Origin: a virus
Lineage: Duplodnaviria > Caudoviricetes
Virus record (IMG/VR): IMGVR_UViG_3300005573_000202
Location: 1-34,914 of that record
Length of the DNA stretch: 34,914 bases
Direction: 5' to 3' (one strand)
Shown: one piece after another, positions 25,157-34,542 of the stretch
How positions within the stretch are numbered: the stretch's first letter is position 1
How the letters are laid out: each line of letters begins with the position of its first letter
The notes under the pieces: generated by a model
Seen by the model: the letters and a program-made list of their open reading frames with translations, nothing else
Databases searched by the model: none
Told to the model about the DNA's origin: nothing
Program-made: the position numbers and the translations under genes

Positions 25157-28100
25157 ATGCCCATCCAATCGGGCGACGTGAAATTGCTGAAGTCCGCCGT
25201 GATGGCGGATGTGCCCGAAGGCGGCGGTGCGCCCACCGGCAACGCAATAGCCGATGGCGTCTCCAACGCCATCTTCCCGGACATCTCCGAGCTGGATCGC
25301 GCTGGTGGTCGGGTCAACCTGCGCAAGACCTTCGTCTCGGTGCAGACCGACGATACCGACACCTACTTCGGGGCCAACGTGATCGTGGCCGAGCCGCCGC
25401 AGGACGAGCGCGTCAGCGTCACGCTGTTTTCCACCCGCAAGACCTTTGACACCCGCGAGCAGGCCCAGACCCGGATCGAGGCCTACCTCAACAAAGGGCC
25501 GGAGTGGGCCGGGTATCTCTTCGAGAACCACATCGCGGGCCAGCGGGTGATCCAGCTCTTCCAGCGCCTGAGCGACGCCGTGCCCAACGTCGGACAGACC
25601 CTGGTCCTGATCGAGAACGAAGGGCTGCCCACGCAGAAGGAGCAGTACATCCGGGCCACTGCCGTGTCCGTGGTCGAGCGCAGCTTCACTTACAACACCG
25701 ACCAGGACTACAAGGCAGCGGTCGTCACCGTCTCCCTCAGCGACGCGCTGCGCTTTGACTTCACGGGCTCCCCGGCCAGCCGCACGTTCACGCGGGCAGC
25801 CAATGCGACCCGCGTGCGCGACACGGTCGTGGCGGACGCGGGCACCTACGTCGGCGTGGTGCCGCTGACGCAAGCGGCCCATGTGGGCGACTTCACGATC
25901 AAGGGCGCGTCCATCTACACGCAGCTGGTGCCCAGCGCCCAGACCGAGACGCCGATCTCTTTCGTTCCGCCGTATGCGGCCTCCGGACTGCCCGTGCCCG
26001 GTGCGGCGCCGGTCAGCTACACGGCGAGCCACGCCTGGACGACGACCATCAAGTTCAATCTTCCTGGCGGTTGTCTGCCGGGGTCGCTGACCATCCAGAC
26101 CGATGGCATCACGATCTTCGACGACGCGGGGCTGCTCAAGACAGCCAGCGGCACGCTGGGCACCATCGACTACGCCAACGGCATTCTGAGCCTCAACGCC
26201 GGCTCGATGTCGAACACCAAGAACGTCACGTACACGCCTGCCGCTCAATTGCAGCGTGCGCCGCAGAGCTCGGAGATTCCGGTCACGCCGGAGTCGCGCA
26301 GCCAGTCCTACGTCGGCACGGTCAATCCGGTGCCGCAGCCCGGCACGCTGTCGATCAGCTACATGGCGCAGGGGCGCTGGTACGTGTTGTCTGATGGCGG
26401 CAACGGCACGCTCAAGGGGTTGGATGCCAGCTACGGCGCGGGCACGTTCAACAAGAACACCGGTGCGTTCGTCGTGACCCTGGGCGCGCTTCCCGACGTC
26501 GGGTCATCGCTCATCCTGACCTGGAACGTGCCGACGCAGGAGACGCAGCATCCGTCAGCAGTCCTCAAGGCGTCGCAGTCACTTGCGCTTTCACCACCAG
26601 CAGGAAAAAGCGTGCAACCGGGGACGCTCACCATCACTTGGCCGAACGAGAGTGGAACGGGCACGCGCACCGCGTCAGCCTCCACGTCTGGCGTGCTCAG
26701 CGGCGATGCCACTGGAAATCTGTACGTCGCGCAGAACCGAATTGAATTTGCGCCCAACGTGCTACCGCCAGTCGGCTCACAGCTGACTGTGAGCTATGTC
26801 GCAGGTCCAAAGCAGGAAGACACCTTCGCGCACCCATCGCGCAACGGTCAGGGCCGGTTGCCGGTGACCGCGACGCTCGGCTCCATCGAACCAGGGTCGC
26901 TTGAGATCGAGTGGAATACGCTGACCGACACGTCGGTTCTAGGCACTTATACGTGGACTCAAATTTACGAGATGGGCATTCCTTGGTGGAGTGACCCGAC
27001 CCAGATCGCCCGTGATGACGGTAACGGCAACGTCGTTCTGAACGGCAGCAACATCGGCACGGTCAACTACACGACGGGTCAAGTAGTCTTCAACCCGGAT
27101 GTGACCGTCCAGATTCCACGTCCGAACTACACGGCGTCGCGAACCGCCTCAGGCTATAGATGGCGCTTGAACTATAGCGGCATTTCCTACGTGAACGCGC
27201 CGTCTCTATACCCGAACGACGAATCGGGTTACGTGAAGCTGCGCTACAACAGTGCGGGCTCCACCAGCAACCACAGCGAGACGTTCGCGTTCAGCCCGTC
27301 GTTTCGGCTGGTGCCGGGCGTGAACGCGCAAGTGGTGACCGGCACCGTGCTGCTTGCCGTCCCCGGCGCGCAGCCCTGGGGCGACAACGGCCAAGGGACA
27401 TTGCGCGAGTTCACGCCGAGCGGCTGGGTGACGCGCGGCTCGATCAACTACCTCTCCGGCGACGTCACGCTTACCTCGTGGTCGGCGGGCGCTACCAACA
27501 GCATCACGCGCGCCAGTTGCGTGACCACGGTCGGCGAGAACATCTCCAGCGAATACGTGTTCCGCACCGGTGCCGCACCGCTGCGCCCGGGATCGCTGTC
27601 CATCCAGTTCGCCCGCGCGGTGGGTGGCACGCAGACCGTGACGGCAGGCATCGACGGCACGATCAGCGCGTCTGGCGTCATCGGCAGCGTCGATTACGAC
27701 ACCGGCCTCGTGCGCGTGCGTTTTGGCACCGTGGTCACGGCGGCGGGCAACGAGAGTGAACCCTGGTTCGATGCCGAGAACGTCCGTCCGGACGGCAAGA
27801 TCTTCCGGCCCGAGCCCGTCGCAGCCTCCAGCGTGCGCTACAGCGCGGTGGCCTACAGCTATCTGCCCCTGGATGCTGCGTTGCTGGGCATCGATCCGGT
27901 TCGCCTGCCCAGCGACGGCCGCGTGCCAATCTTCCGGCCGGGTGGCTTCGCCGTCGTCGGCCACACCGGTCGCATCACGGCATCGGTCAGCAACGGGCAG
28001 ACCATCGATTGCGGCCGGGTGCGCCTGTCGCGCGTGCGGGTGGTCGGCCACGATGGTGTGGTGATCCACAGCGGCTACACCACGGACCTGGAAGCCGGCA

Positions 28101-28747
28101 CGGTGTCGTTCACTGATGTTTCCGGCTACAGCCAGCCGGTGACCATCGAGCACCGCGTCGAGGACATGGCCGTGGTGCGCGACGTGCAGATCAACGGCGA
28201 GATCAGCTTCACGCGGCCTCTTACGCACGCCTATCCGCTGGCGAGTCCTGGCGACCCCGCGTCTGGCAGTTTCGTGTCCAGCGCGCTGGTGGCCGGTGAT
28301 CTGTTCGCCCGCGTGAACCTCGTGTTCGATCAGAGCACCTGGAACGGCAGCTGGTCGGATGAACCCGTCGGCAGCGCCGCGACGGCCACCTTCAACCACA
28401 CGCAATACCCGATCACGGTCACCAATCGTGGGGCGCTCACCGAGCGCTGGGTGGTGCGGATGACCAACAGCACTTCGTTCGAGGTCATCGGCGAGAACGT
28501 TGGCGTGATCGCCACCGGCAACACCAGCACCGACTGCGCGCCCATCAATCCCGCGACTGGCGTCCCGTACTTCCGTCTGCCCGCGCTCGGTTGGGGCAAT
28601 GGCTGGGCCACCGGCAACGTGCTGCGCTTCAACACCATCGGCGCGCAGTTCCCGGTGTGGGTGGTACGCACCGTCCAGCAGGGGCCGGAGTCCGTGCCCG
28701 ACGACCACTTCACGCTGCTGATTCGCGGCGACGTCGACACCCCTTGA
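25157..28747 (+). CDS. Large tail-tip structural protein, 1196 aa
   Basis: Thr/Gly/Ser-rich beta protein with a recurring PG(S/T)L(S/T)I...G(T/S)(I/V)(D/N)Y..G unit; N-terminal NAIFPDISELDRAGGRVNLRK. Confidence 0.8.
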   Translation: MPIQSGDVKLLKSAVMADVPEGGGAPTGNAIADGVSNAIFPDISELDRAGGRVNLRKTFVSVQTDDTDTYFGANVIVAEPPQDERVSVTLFSTRKTFDTREQAQTRIEAYLNKGPEWAGYLFENHIAGQRVIQLFQRLSDAVPNVGQTLVLIENEGLPTQKEQYIRATAVSVVERSFTYNTDQDYKAAVVTVSLSDALRFDFTGSPASRTFTRAANATRVRDTVVADAGTYVGVVPLTQAAHVGDFTIKGASIYTQLVPSAQTETPISFVPPYAASGLPVPGAAPVSYTASHAWTTTIKFNLPGGCLPGSLTIQTDGITIFDDAGLLKTASGTLGTIDYANGILSLNAGSMSNTKNVTYTPAAQLQRAPQSSEIPVTPESRSQSYVGTVNPVPQPGTLSISYMAQGRWYVLSDGGNGTLKGLDASYGAGTFNKNTGAFVVTLGALPDVGSSLILTWNVPTQETQHPSAVLKASQSLALSPPAGKSVQPGTLTITWPNESGTGTRTASASTSGVLSGDATGNLYVAQNRIEFAPNVLPPVGSQLTVSYVAGPKQEDTFAHPSRNGQGRLPVTATLGSIEPGSLEIEWNTLTDTSVLGTYTWTQIYEMGIPWWSDPTQIARDDGNGNVVLNGSNIGTVNYTTGQVVFNPDVTVQIPRPNYTASRTASGYRWRLNYSGISYVNAPSLYPNDESGYVKLRYNSAGSTSNHSETFAFSPSFRLVPGVNAQVVTGTVLLAVPGAQPWGDNGQGTLREFTPSGWVTRGSINYLSGDVTLTSWSAGATNSITRASCVTTVGENISSEYVFRTGAAPLRPGSLSIQFARAVGGTQTVTAGIDGTISASGVIGSVDYDTGLVRVRFGTVVTAAGNESEPWFDAENVRPDGKIFRPEPVAASSVRYSAVAYSYLPLDAALLGIDPVRLPSDGRVPIFRPGGFAVVGHTGRITASVSNGQTIDCGRVRLSRVRVVGHDGVVIHSGYTTDLEAGTVSFTDVSGYSQPVTIEHRVEDMAVVRDVQINGEISFTRPLTHAYPLASPGDPASGSFVSSALVAGDLFARVNLVFDQSTWNGSWSDEPVGSAATATFNHTQYPITVTNRGALTERWVVRMTNSTSFEVIGENVGVIATGNTSTDCAPINPATGVPYFRLPALGWGNGWATGNVLRFNTIGAQFPVWVVRTVQQGPESVPDDHFTLLIRGDVDTP

Positions 28748-28765
28748 TCAGAAGGAATCCATACC

Positions 28766-30034
28766 ATGGCTGACCTCACCGTCAAATACTTCAACAGCGG
28801 CATGACCGGCGCGCCCCAGATCAGCAACAACTGGGGCGATCTGGTGACGATGCTCGATGCCTGCCTCGTCAACGGCTTTGCCTTGAAGGCCATTGACTCG
28901 CTGACCTTTGCGGACGGCGTCGCCACGGCCACCATTGCCTCGGGCCACGCCTACCGGCCTTTCCAGGTGGTCGAGGTCGCGGGCGCCGAGCAACCCGAGT
29001 ACAACGGGCAGTTCCGTGTGTTGACCGCGACGACGACCACCTTCACCTACGCGGTGACCGGCACGCCCGCATCACCGGCCACGACGGCGACGAGTCTCTC
29101 GGCCAAGGTCGCACCGCTGGGCTGGGAGAAGCCTTTCTCGGCGACCCACAAGGCCGCTTACCGCAGCAGGAACCCGCAGTCCCCGCAGAACCTTCTGCTG
29201 ATCGACAACAGCCTCAAGACGCCGGGCTACACGACGGGCTGGGCCAAATGGGCCAACGTCGGCATCGTTGAAGACCTGGCCGACATCGACACCATCGTCG
29301 GCGCCCAGGCCCCCTATGACCCGAACAACCCGACGCAGAACTGGAAGCAGGTTCAGGCCAACCAGTGGGGATGGTACAAGTGGTACCACGCGCGCCAGGG
29401 TGGCTACGACACCTACGGGGACAGCGGCGGCGGCAACCGCAATTGGGTCCTGATCGGCGACGACCGGCTGTTCTACCTGTTCGTCACCAATGCTGCGGGG
29501 TACAACTGGTACGGCCGCAACAGCTACTGCTTTGGCGACATCACGAGCTTCAAGCCTGGCGATAACTACGCCACCGTGCTGGCCGCGCACGATCTCTATT
29601 GGAGCAACAACAGCCAGTACATGAGCTACCCGGGCGACTACGGTGGTGCATCCCTGGTCGCCTCGCTGGACTTCTACGGCCATGTGCTGCTGCGCAACCA
29701 CACGCAGCTTGGCAATCCGGTGCGGTTCGGGCTGACGTCGCTCAACACCAACAACGGCCAGCAGGTCTGCGGGCGCGGGCCGATGCCGTTTCCGAACGGT
29801 GCCGACTACAGCCTGTGGCTGCTCCCGACTTACGTGCGGCAAGAGGATGGCCACATGCGCGGAATCATGCCTGGGATGCTGTGGATGCCGCAGGACCGGC
29901 CATACAGCGACCAGACCATCGTGGACAACGTGGTCGGGCAGGCAGGCAAGCGGTTCCTGTTGGTGCGGACGCAGTACAGCAATGATGCCGAAGGTGCGCA
30001 GGTCGCCTTCGACATCACCGGCCCGTGGAGGTGA
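28766..30034 (+). CDS. Tail fibre / receptor-binding-type protein, 422 aa
   Basis: N-terminal MTGAPQIS...LDACLVNG anchor-like segment and an aromatic/Asn/Gly-rich C-terminus; AAGGA RBS. Confidence 0.7.
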   Translation: MADLTVKYFNSGMTGAPQISNNWGDLVTMLDACLVNGFALKAIDSLTFADGVATATIASGHAYRPFQVVEVAGAEQPEYNGQFRVLTATTTTFTYAVTGTPASPATTATSLSAKVAPLGWEKPFSATHKAAYRSRNPQSPQNLLLIDNSLKTPGYTTGWAKWANVGIVEDLADIDTIVGAQAPYDPNNPTQNWKQVQANQWGWYKWYHARQGGYDTYGDSGGGNRNWVLIGDDRLFYLFVTNAAGYNWYGRNSYCFGDITSFKPGDNYATVLAAHDLYWSNNSQYMSYPGDYGGASLVASLDFYGHVLLRNHTQLGNPVRFGLTSLNTNNGQQVCGRGPMPFPNGADYSLWLLPTYVRQEDGHMRGIMPGMLWMPQDRPYSDQTIVDNVVGQAGKRFLLVRTQYSNDAEGAQVAFDITGPWR

Positions 30035-30037
30035 GCC

Positions 30038-31123
30038 GTGAGCTACCCGCTCAACGACACCTTCGCCACGGCACCGGCGAATGGCTATACCACGGCGCTC
30101 GGCAGCATGTCCGCCAGCTATAACAGCGCGCAGCAGGCCATCGACATCTCGGCGTCGAACAACCAGTCGATCTTGCGCTTCAACGAAGCCGCCAACGGCG
30201 ATTTCTGGTTTGAGGCCGACATCGAGTTGCTGTCCGACCCCAGTGGCCGCAAGCACATCGGCCTGTGGATGACGACGGGCAACGGTGCCGAGGGCTATCG
30301 CTTCGCGCATCTCGACGGCTCGTGGTCCGTTTCCTCCTGGAACAGCAGCTTTGGGACCAGCGCACAGATTGGCGTCACCATCAACGACGGAGCGAAGCCC
30401 ATCGCCGGCGTGGCCGATGTCGCCCCGACCTTCACCGTCGGTCAGCGGATGATCCTGCGCTGCGAAGTGATCTGCGGTGCATTCGATGCCAACGGCGTGC
30501 CGTGGGCACGTCTGATCCAGTTCAAGGCCGACGGCGTGCTGATGTTCCAGGTCATCGATGCCACCTACCGGGGCAAGCTGATCCCGGGTGTGTTTCTGTA
30601 CGGGGCCTCGGCGCGCATCCACGCCATCGCGGGCGACATGCCATCCGGTCTGCCCGCGTTCCCCGCGACCGTGGGCGTGAACGCCGACGACGATCTGCTG
30701 AGGCTGGCCGGGGGCTCGACCTCGGTGCCGCCGAATACCGCCGCCAACATCGGCGTCAATGCCCAGGTCGACCTGTCGCGTCTCAACAGCCCGTCAAGCA
30801 ATCTGTGGAACCGAGGCGGTGGCTACGACTGGCAATTCCATCCGATTCCGAACGGTCGCAAGGACATCCACTTCAGTGGCAACGGTTTCATCGCCGGCAC
30901 GGTCAAGGAGAAGGGGCAACCCGACCAGCCGAGGGTAGCGAGGGTGCAGCTCATCAGCCAGAACGCCAATGTCCTGGTCGCCGAAACCTGGAGCGATGCC
31001 TCCGGCAACTACCGTTTCGAGTTGATCGACCCTGCCCAGCGCTACACCGTGGTGAGCTATGACCACAAGCATCTGTACCGCGCCGTGATCGCGGACAACC
31101 TCAAGCCCGAGCCGATCCCATGA
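30038..31123 (+). CDS. Tail-associated protein with lectin-like beta-sandwich and C-terminal Ig/carboxypeptidase-regulatory-like domain
   Basis: GDFWFEADIEL...GYRF...ILRCEV beta-sandwich pattern; C-terminal IAGTVKE...TWSDASGNYRF...YTVVSYD...AVIADNL. Confidence 0.65.
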   Translation: MSYPLNDTFATAPANGYTTALGSMSASYNSAQQAIDISASNNQSILRFNEAANGDFWFEADIELLSDPSGRKHIGLWMTTGNGAEGYRFAHLDGSWSVSSWNSSFGTSAQIGVTINDGAKPIAGVADVAPTFTVGQRMILRCEVICGAFDANGVPWARLIQFKADGVLMFQVIDATYRGKLIPGVFLYGASARIHAIAGDMPSGLPAFPATVGVNADDDLLRLAGGSTSVPPNTAANIGVNAQVDLSRLNSPSSNLWNRGGGYDWQFHPIPNGRKDIHFSGNGFIAGTVKEKGQPDQPRVARVQLISQNANVLVAETWSDASGNYRFELIDPAQRYTVVSYDHKHLYRAVIADNLKPEPIP

Positions 31124-31515
31124 CCGTTGCGATCACTGTCGAACACAATGAGGCGCGGCTCGCCGGCACGCTCGCTTTCCTCGATGCCGGGCCGGAGCCC
31201 GCGCGGCTGCGCATTTACGGCGGAACGCGTCCCGCCACCCCGGCCACGGCGCCGGGGAGCGCCATGCTCGTCGAGATCCGGCTGACCAAGCCTGCGGGCA
31301 CGATCTCGGGCGGATTGCTCACGCTCACCCAGCAGGAGGACGGGCTGATCACGGCAACCGGCGTGGCGACCTGGGCGCGGCTCGTCAATGGCAACGAGGT
31401 CACCGCGCTTGATCTCGACTGCAGCGGCACCGACGGTGATGGCGACATCAAGCTGGCCTCCACCAATCTGTACCTTGGCGGCGATGCGCGGATGGTGTCG
31501 GCGGTGCTGGGGTGA
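31120..31515 (+). CDS. Hypothetical tail protein, 131 aa
   Basis: ATGA overlap; RLRIYGGTRP...ATGVATWARL pattern, in the tail operon. Confidence 0.7.
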   Translation: MTVAITVEHNEARLAGTLAFLDAGPEPARLRIYGGTRPATPATAPGSAMLVEIRLTKPAGTISGGLLTLTQQEDGLITATGVATWARLVNGNEVTALDLDCSGTDGDGDIKLASTNLYLGGDARMVSAVLG

Positions 31516-31518
31516 CAC

Positions 31519-33471
31519 ATGGCCGATATCGAATCGGCGCAGACGGATCTGCTGTTCGACCGCCCGGCCGCCACCGACGCCAACCTGCTGTTCGGTGCGA
31601 ACTTCGTCGCGCCACGCAATGATCTGACGATCATTGCCGCGCTGCCGTGGCCAGCGGCCACGATCAAGTTCATCCCGCCTGCGCGCGCCGAGCTGCTGGC
31701 GGAACTGCCTCGCCCGAGTGTGCGTTCGCTGGTGCTGCGGCCGAGCGTGCCGCTCACCGAAGGGGCGAGCCTGCCAGGTGTCGTGTTCACTGGCGAGGTG
31801 CGGTACGCATCGCACACGCAGCGCCCGACGGTAGGCCAGACGGCGCACGCGTGGCAGCAGGCCGAGCAGCGCGAGGACGGCGCAGCGCAGCGCCAGCAGG
31901 ATGCGACGGCGACGCCCGCAGGCTGGGGTGCGGCGTGGCAGCGTGGGGCTTTGTCGGTTCACTGCATCGCGCACCGCCTGCCGCCAATCTTGGTGGCCGC
32001 GCCGCTGCTGCGGCGCACCGGCCAGCAGCAGGCGACGCGCTTGCACGGCGCAACCGGGTTCGCCCACGAGAACGCGACGCCCATCGCGCAGATTCGGACG
32101 GGCGTGTTCCAGAACGCCACCCGTTTGCGCGACGCCACGCACTTCGCGCATCACGACGGTGACCGCAGCAAGCGCGCCGGTCGGCTCGCCCTCTGGCAGA
32201 ACGCCCGACCGCTGACGCAGCGCCAGGGCACGGACTTCCAGAGCGCAAGCCGCCGACCGGTGGGCTGGCGCGGGCGGTACCAGGACGCGATGCCGCCACC
32301 GCCCGGCATCAGCGTGTGGGTGATCCCCGAGCCGCCCGAACCGCCGCGCTGCTACACGCCGAGCGGTCATCTGCTATTCGCTGCGCTGGCTCCGGCCAGT
32401 GCCCACCTGCTGTTCTTCTGCGAAAACCACACCGACCCGCCCGATAGCGAGCCGGTGGTTGTTCCCATCCGGAGGGTCTACTTCGTGATCAACAACGTGA
32501 CCCTGCACCGGCTGCCCGATGGTTTGCCCGTGCCGGTGTTCAATCTCTCGTTGTCGCTCGACGCCGCGTCCTGGACGTGGGGATTCGATGCGCAACTGCC
32601 TGCCTCTGCGGAAAGCCTGGTTGCGCCAGGTAGCAACGGCGGCCCGGTCGAACTGGTCGCCAGCGTCAACGGCACAACCTTCCGCGTGCTGGCCGAGAGT
32701 ATCAGCCGCGAGCGAGTGTTCGGCGACGCCAGCATCCGCATCTCGGGACGAGGGCGCAACGCCGTGCTGGCCGCCCCCTACGCGCCGGTGATGAACTTCC
32801 AGCAGCCGCAGGCGCGCACGGCGCGGCAGCTGATGGACGACGTGCTCACCCACAACGGCATCCCGCTGGGCTGGAACATCGATTGGGGCCTGACCGACTG
32901 GAATGTTCCGGCCGGGGTGTTCACCCAGCAAGGCACCTGGATGGAAGCCCTGGTTGCCATTGCCAGCGCCGCCGGGGGTTACCTGATCCCGCATCCGTCC
33001 GACCAGAGCATCCGCGTGCGCCACCGGTATCCGATCGCGCCGTGGGAATGGAGCACCGTCACGCCCGACTTCGTTTTACCCGTCGATGCCGTCGCCCGCG
33101 AGTCCCTGCGCTGGGTGGAGAAGCCCGGCTACAACCGCGTGTTCGTGTCCGGGCAGGACGTCGGTGTGCTTGGGCAGGTGACCCGGGCGGGTACTGCCGG
33201 GGATGTGCTGGCCCCGATGGTGGTCGACGCGCTCATCACCGGAGCCGCTGCGGCGCGCCAGCGAGGCATCGCCGTGCTGGCCGATACCGGGCGCCAGATT
33301 GAGGTGAGCCTGCGCCTGCCGGTGCTGGCCGAGACGGGGATCATCGAGCCGGGGGCCTTCGTCGAGTACCACGACGGCAGCGTGACACGGCTTGGCCTCG
33401 TGCGCTCGACGCAGATCGAGGCCGGGATGCCCGAGGTCTGGCAGACGCTGGGAGTGCAGAGCCATGCATAA
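31519..33471 (+). CDS. Tail protein with probable hub-like C-terminal region, 650 aa
   Basis: Long coding-biased ORF. The C-terminal half (ISGRGRNAVL...ALVAIASAAGG...YNRVFVSG...IEPGAFV) resembles tail hub folds. Confidence 0.65.
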   Translation: MADIESAQTDLLFDRPAATDANLLFGANFVAPRNDLTIIAALPWPAATIKFIPPARAELLAELPRPSVRSLVLRPSVPLTEGASLPGVVFTGEVRYASHTQRPTVGQTAHAWQQAEQREDGAAQRQQDATATPAGWGAAWQRGALSVHCIAHRLPPILVAAPLLRRTGQQQATRLHGATGFAHENATPIAQIRTGVFQNATRLRDATHFAHHDGDRSKRAGRLALWQNARPLTQRQGTDFQSASRRPVGWRGRYQDAMPPPPGISVWVIPEPPEPPRCYTPSGHLLFAALAPASAHLLFFCENHTDPPDSEPVVVPIRRVYFVINNVTLHRLPDGLPVPVFNLSLSLDAASWTWGFDAQLPASAESLVAPGSNGGPVELVASVNGTTFRVLAESISRERVFGDASIRISGRGRNAVLAAPYAPVMNFQQPQARTARQLMDDVLTHNGIPLGWNIDWGLTDWNVPAGVFTQQGTWMEALVAIASAAGGYLIPHPSDQSIRVRHRYPIAPWEWSTVTPDFVLPVDAVARESLRWVEKPGYNRVFVSGQDVGVLGQVTRAGTAGDVLAPMVVDALITGAAAARQRGIAVLADTGRQIEVSLRLPVLAETGIIEPGAFVEYHDGSVTRLGLVRSTQIEAGMPEVWQTLGVQSHA

Positions 33472-33685
33472 CCTCTACGAACAGTTCCGCCAGCTCATCC
33501 CCGAACCGCCGTTGCAGGCGGGCACGGTGGTCAGCGTCGTTGCGGGCGGCGTGACCGTTGCCTTGCCCGGCGGCGGCTTGATCCGCGCACGCGGCAGCGC
33601 CGCCATCGGCCAGAGGGTGTTCGTGCGCGATGACGTCATCGAAGGTGTCGCGCCGAGCCTGACGCTGGAGATCATCGAAATCTGA
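33464..33685 (+). CDS. Small hypothetical tail-tip protein, 73 aa
   Basis: GGAG RBS and overlap with the previous stop; short OB-like beta pattern (AGTVVSV...IRARG...GQRVFVRD). Confidence 0.65.
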   Translation: MHNLYEQFRQLIPEPPLQAGTVVSVVAGGVTVALPGGGLIRARGSAAIGQRVFVRDDVIEGVAPSLTLEIIEI

Positions 33686-33709
33686 ATTCCATCTTCCTGA
33701 TCACCCCTG

Positions 33710-33753
33710 AACCCGCCTTGGTGCCACGTGCATCAGGCGGGTTTCGCATTTTT
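33710..33753 (+). terminator. Terminator-like hairpin between tail and lysis genes
   Basis: AACCCGCCT (33710-33718) pairs with AGGCGGGTT (33735-33743), followed by TCGCATTTTT. Confidence 0.6.
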
Positions 33754-33763
33754 GGAGACCACC

Positions 33764-34069
33764 ATGACCGAACCCGAACAACAAAAGCCTGCGCTCGTCG
33801 AGAACATGCTCCTGCTGCGCCGGGAGGACTTCGACGAGCTGCTCGACCGCGCCGCTGAACGCGGAGCCGAACGTGTCCTGACCCATCTTGGCCTGGAGAA
33901 CGGTCATGCAGCACGAGACATCCGTGAACTGCGCGACCTGCTCGAAGCCTGGCGCGATGCCCGGCGCACGGCTTGGCAGACCACCATCAAGGTCGTGACC
34001 ACCGGCATCCTGGCCGCACTGCTGGTGGGGGCCGCCATCAAGTTGAAACTGATGGGAGGCGCGCAATGA
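33764..34069 (+). CDS. DUF6127-like membrane-anchored protein of the lysis cassette
   Basis: GGAG RBS; DIRELRDLLEAWRDARRTAWQT plus a single C-terminal transmembrane helix. Confidence 0.75.
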   Translation: MTEPEQQKPALVENMLLLRREDFDELLDRAAERGAERVLTHLGLENGHAARDIRELRDLLEAWRDARRTAWQTTIKVVTTGILAALLVGAAIKLKLMGGAQ

Positions 34070-34542
34070 TCGAGACATTACTGGGCGGCCTCCTCGGCGG
34101 GGCCTTTCGTCTGGCGCCGGAGATCCTGAAATGGATCGACCGCAAAGGCGAGCGGGCTCACGAACTTGCCATGCAGGACAAAGCGCTGGAGTTCGAGAAG
34201 CTGCGCGGCGCCCAGCGCATGGCCGAGATCGGCGCCGGGGCCGATGCAGCGTGGAACACCGGGGCCATCGAGGCGCTGCGCGAAGCCGTTCGCACTCAGG
34301 GCGAGAAAACTGGCGTGCGCTGGGCTGATGCCTTGTCGGTCAGTGTGCGGCCCGTCATCACCTACTGGTTCATGGCGCTGTACTGCGCAGCCAAGACGGC
34401 GGCGTTTGCAGCTGCCGTAGCCGCTGGTGCTGGTTGGGGAACGGCCATCCTTCACGCTTGGACGGAAGCCGATCAGGCGCTTTGGGCCGGGGTGCTGAAC
34501 TTCTGGTTCCTGGGGCGCGTGTTCGACCGGGTGCGGTCATGA
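34066..34542 (+). CDS. Putative holin (3-TM type)
   Basis: Hydrophobic N-terminus, SVRPVITY and C-terminal VLNFWFLGRVFDR; directly upstream of the lysozyme. Confidence 0.75.
   Translation: MIETLLGGLLGGAFRLAPEILKWIDRKGERAHELAMQDKALEFEKLRGAQRMAEIGAGADAAWNTGAIEALREAVRTQGEKTGVRWADALSVSVRPVITYWFMALYCAAKTAAFAAAVAAGAGWGTAILHAWTEADQALWAGVLNFWFLGRVFDRVRS

Noticed and set aside
28766-31123. Possible diversity-generating retroelement target (AAC-rich fibre genes)
   Set aside because: No reverse transcriptase and no template/variable repeat pair differing at adenines is visible. The only long repeat (121 bp) has no mismatches.
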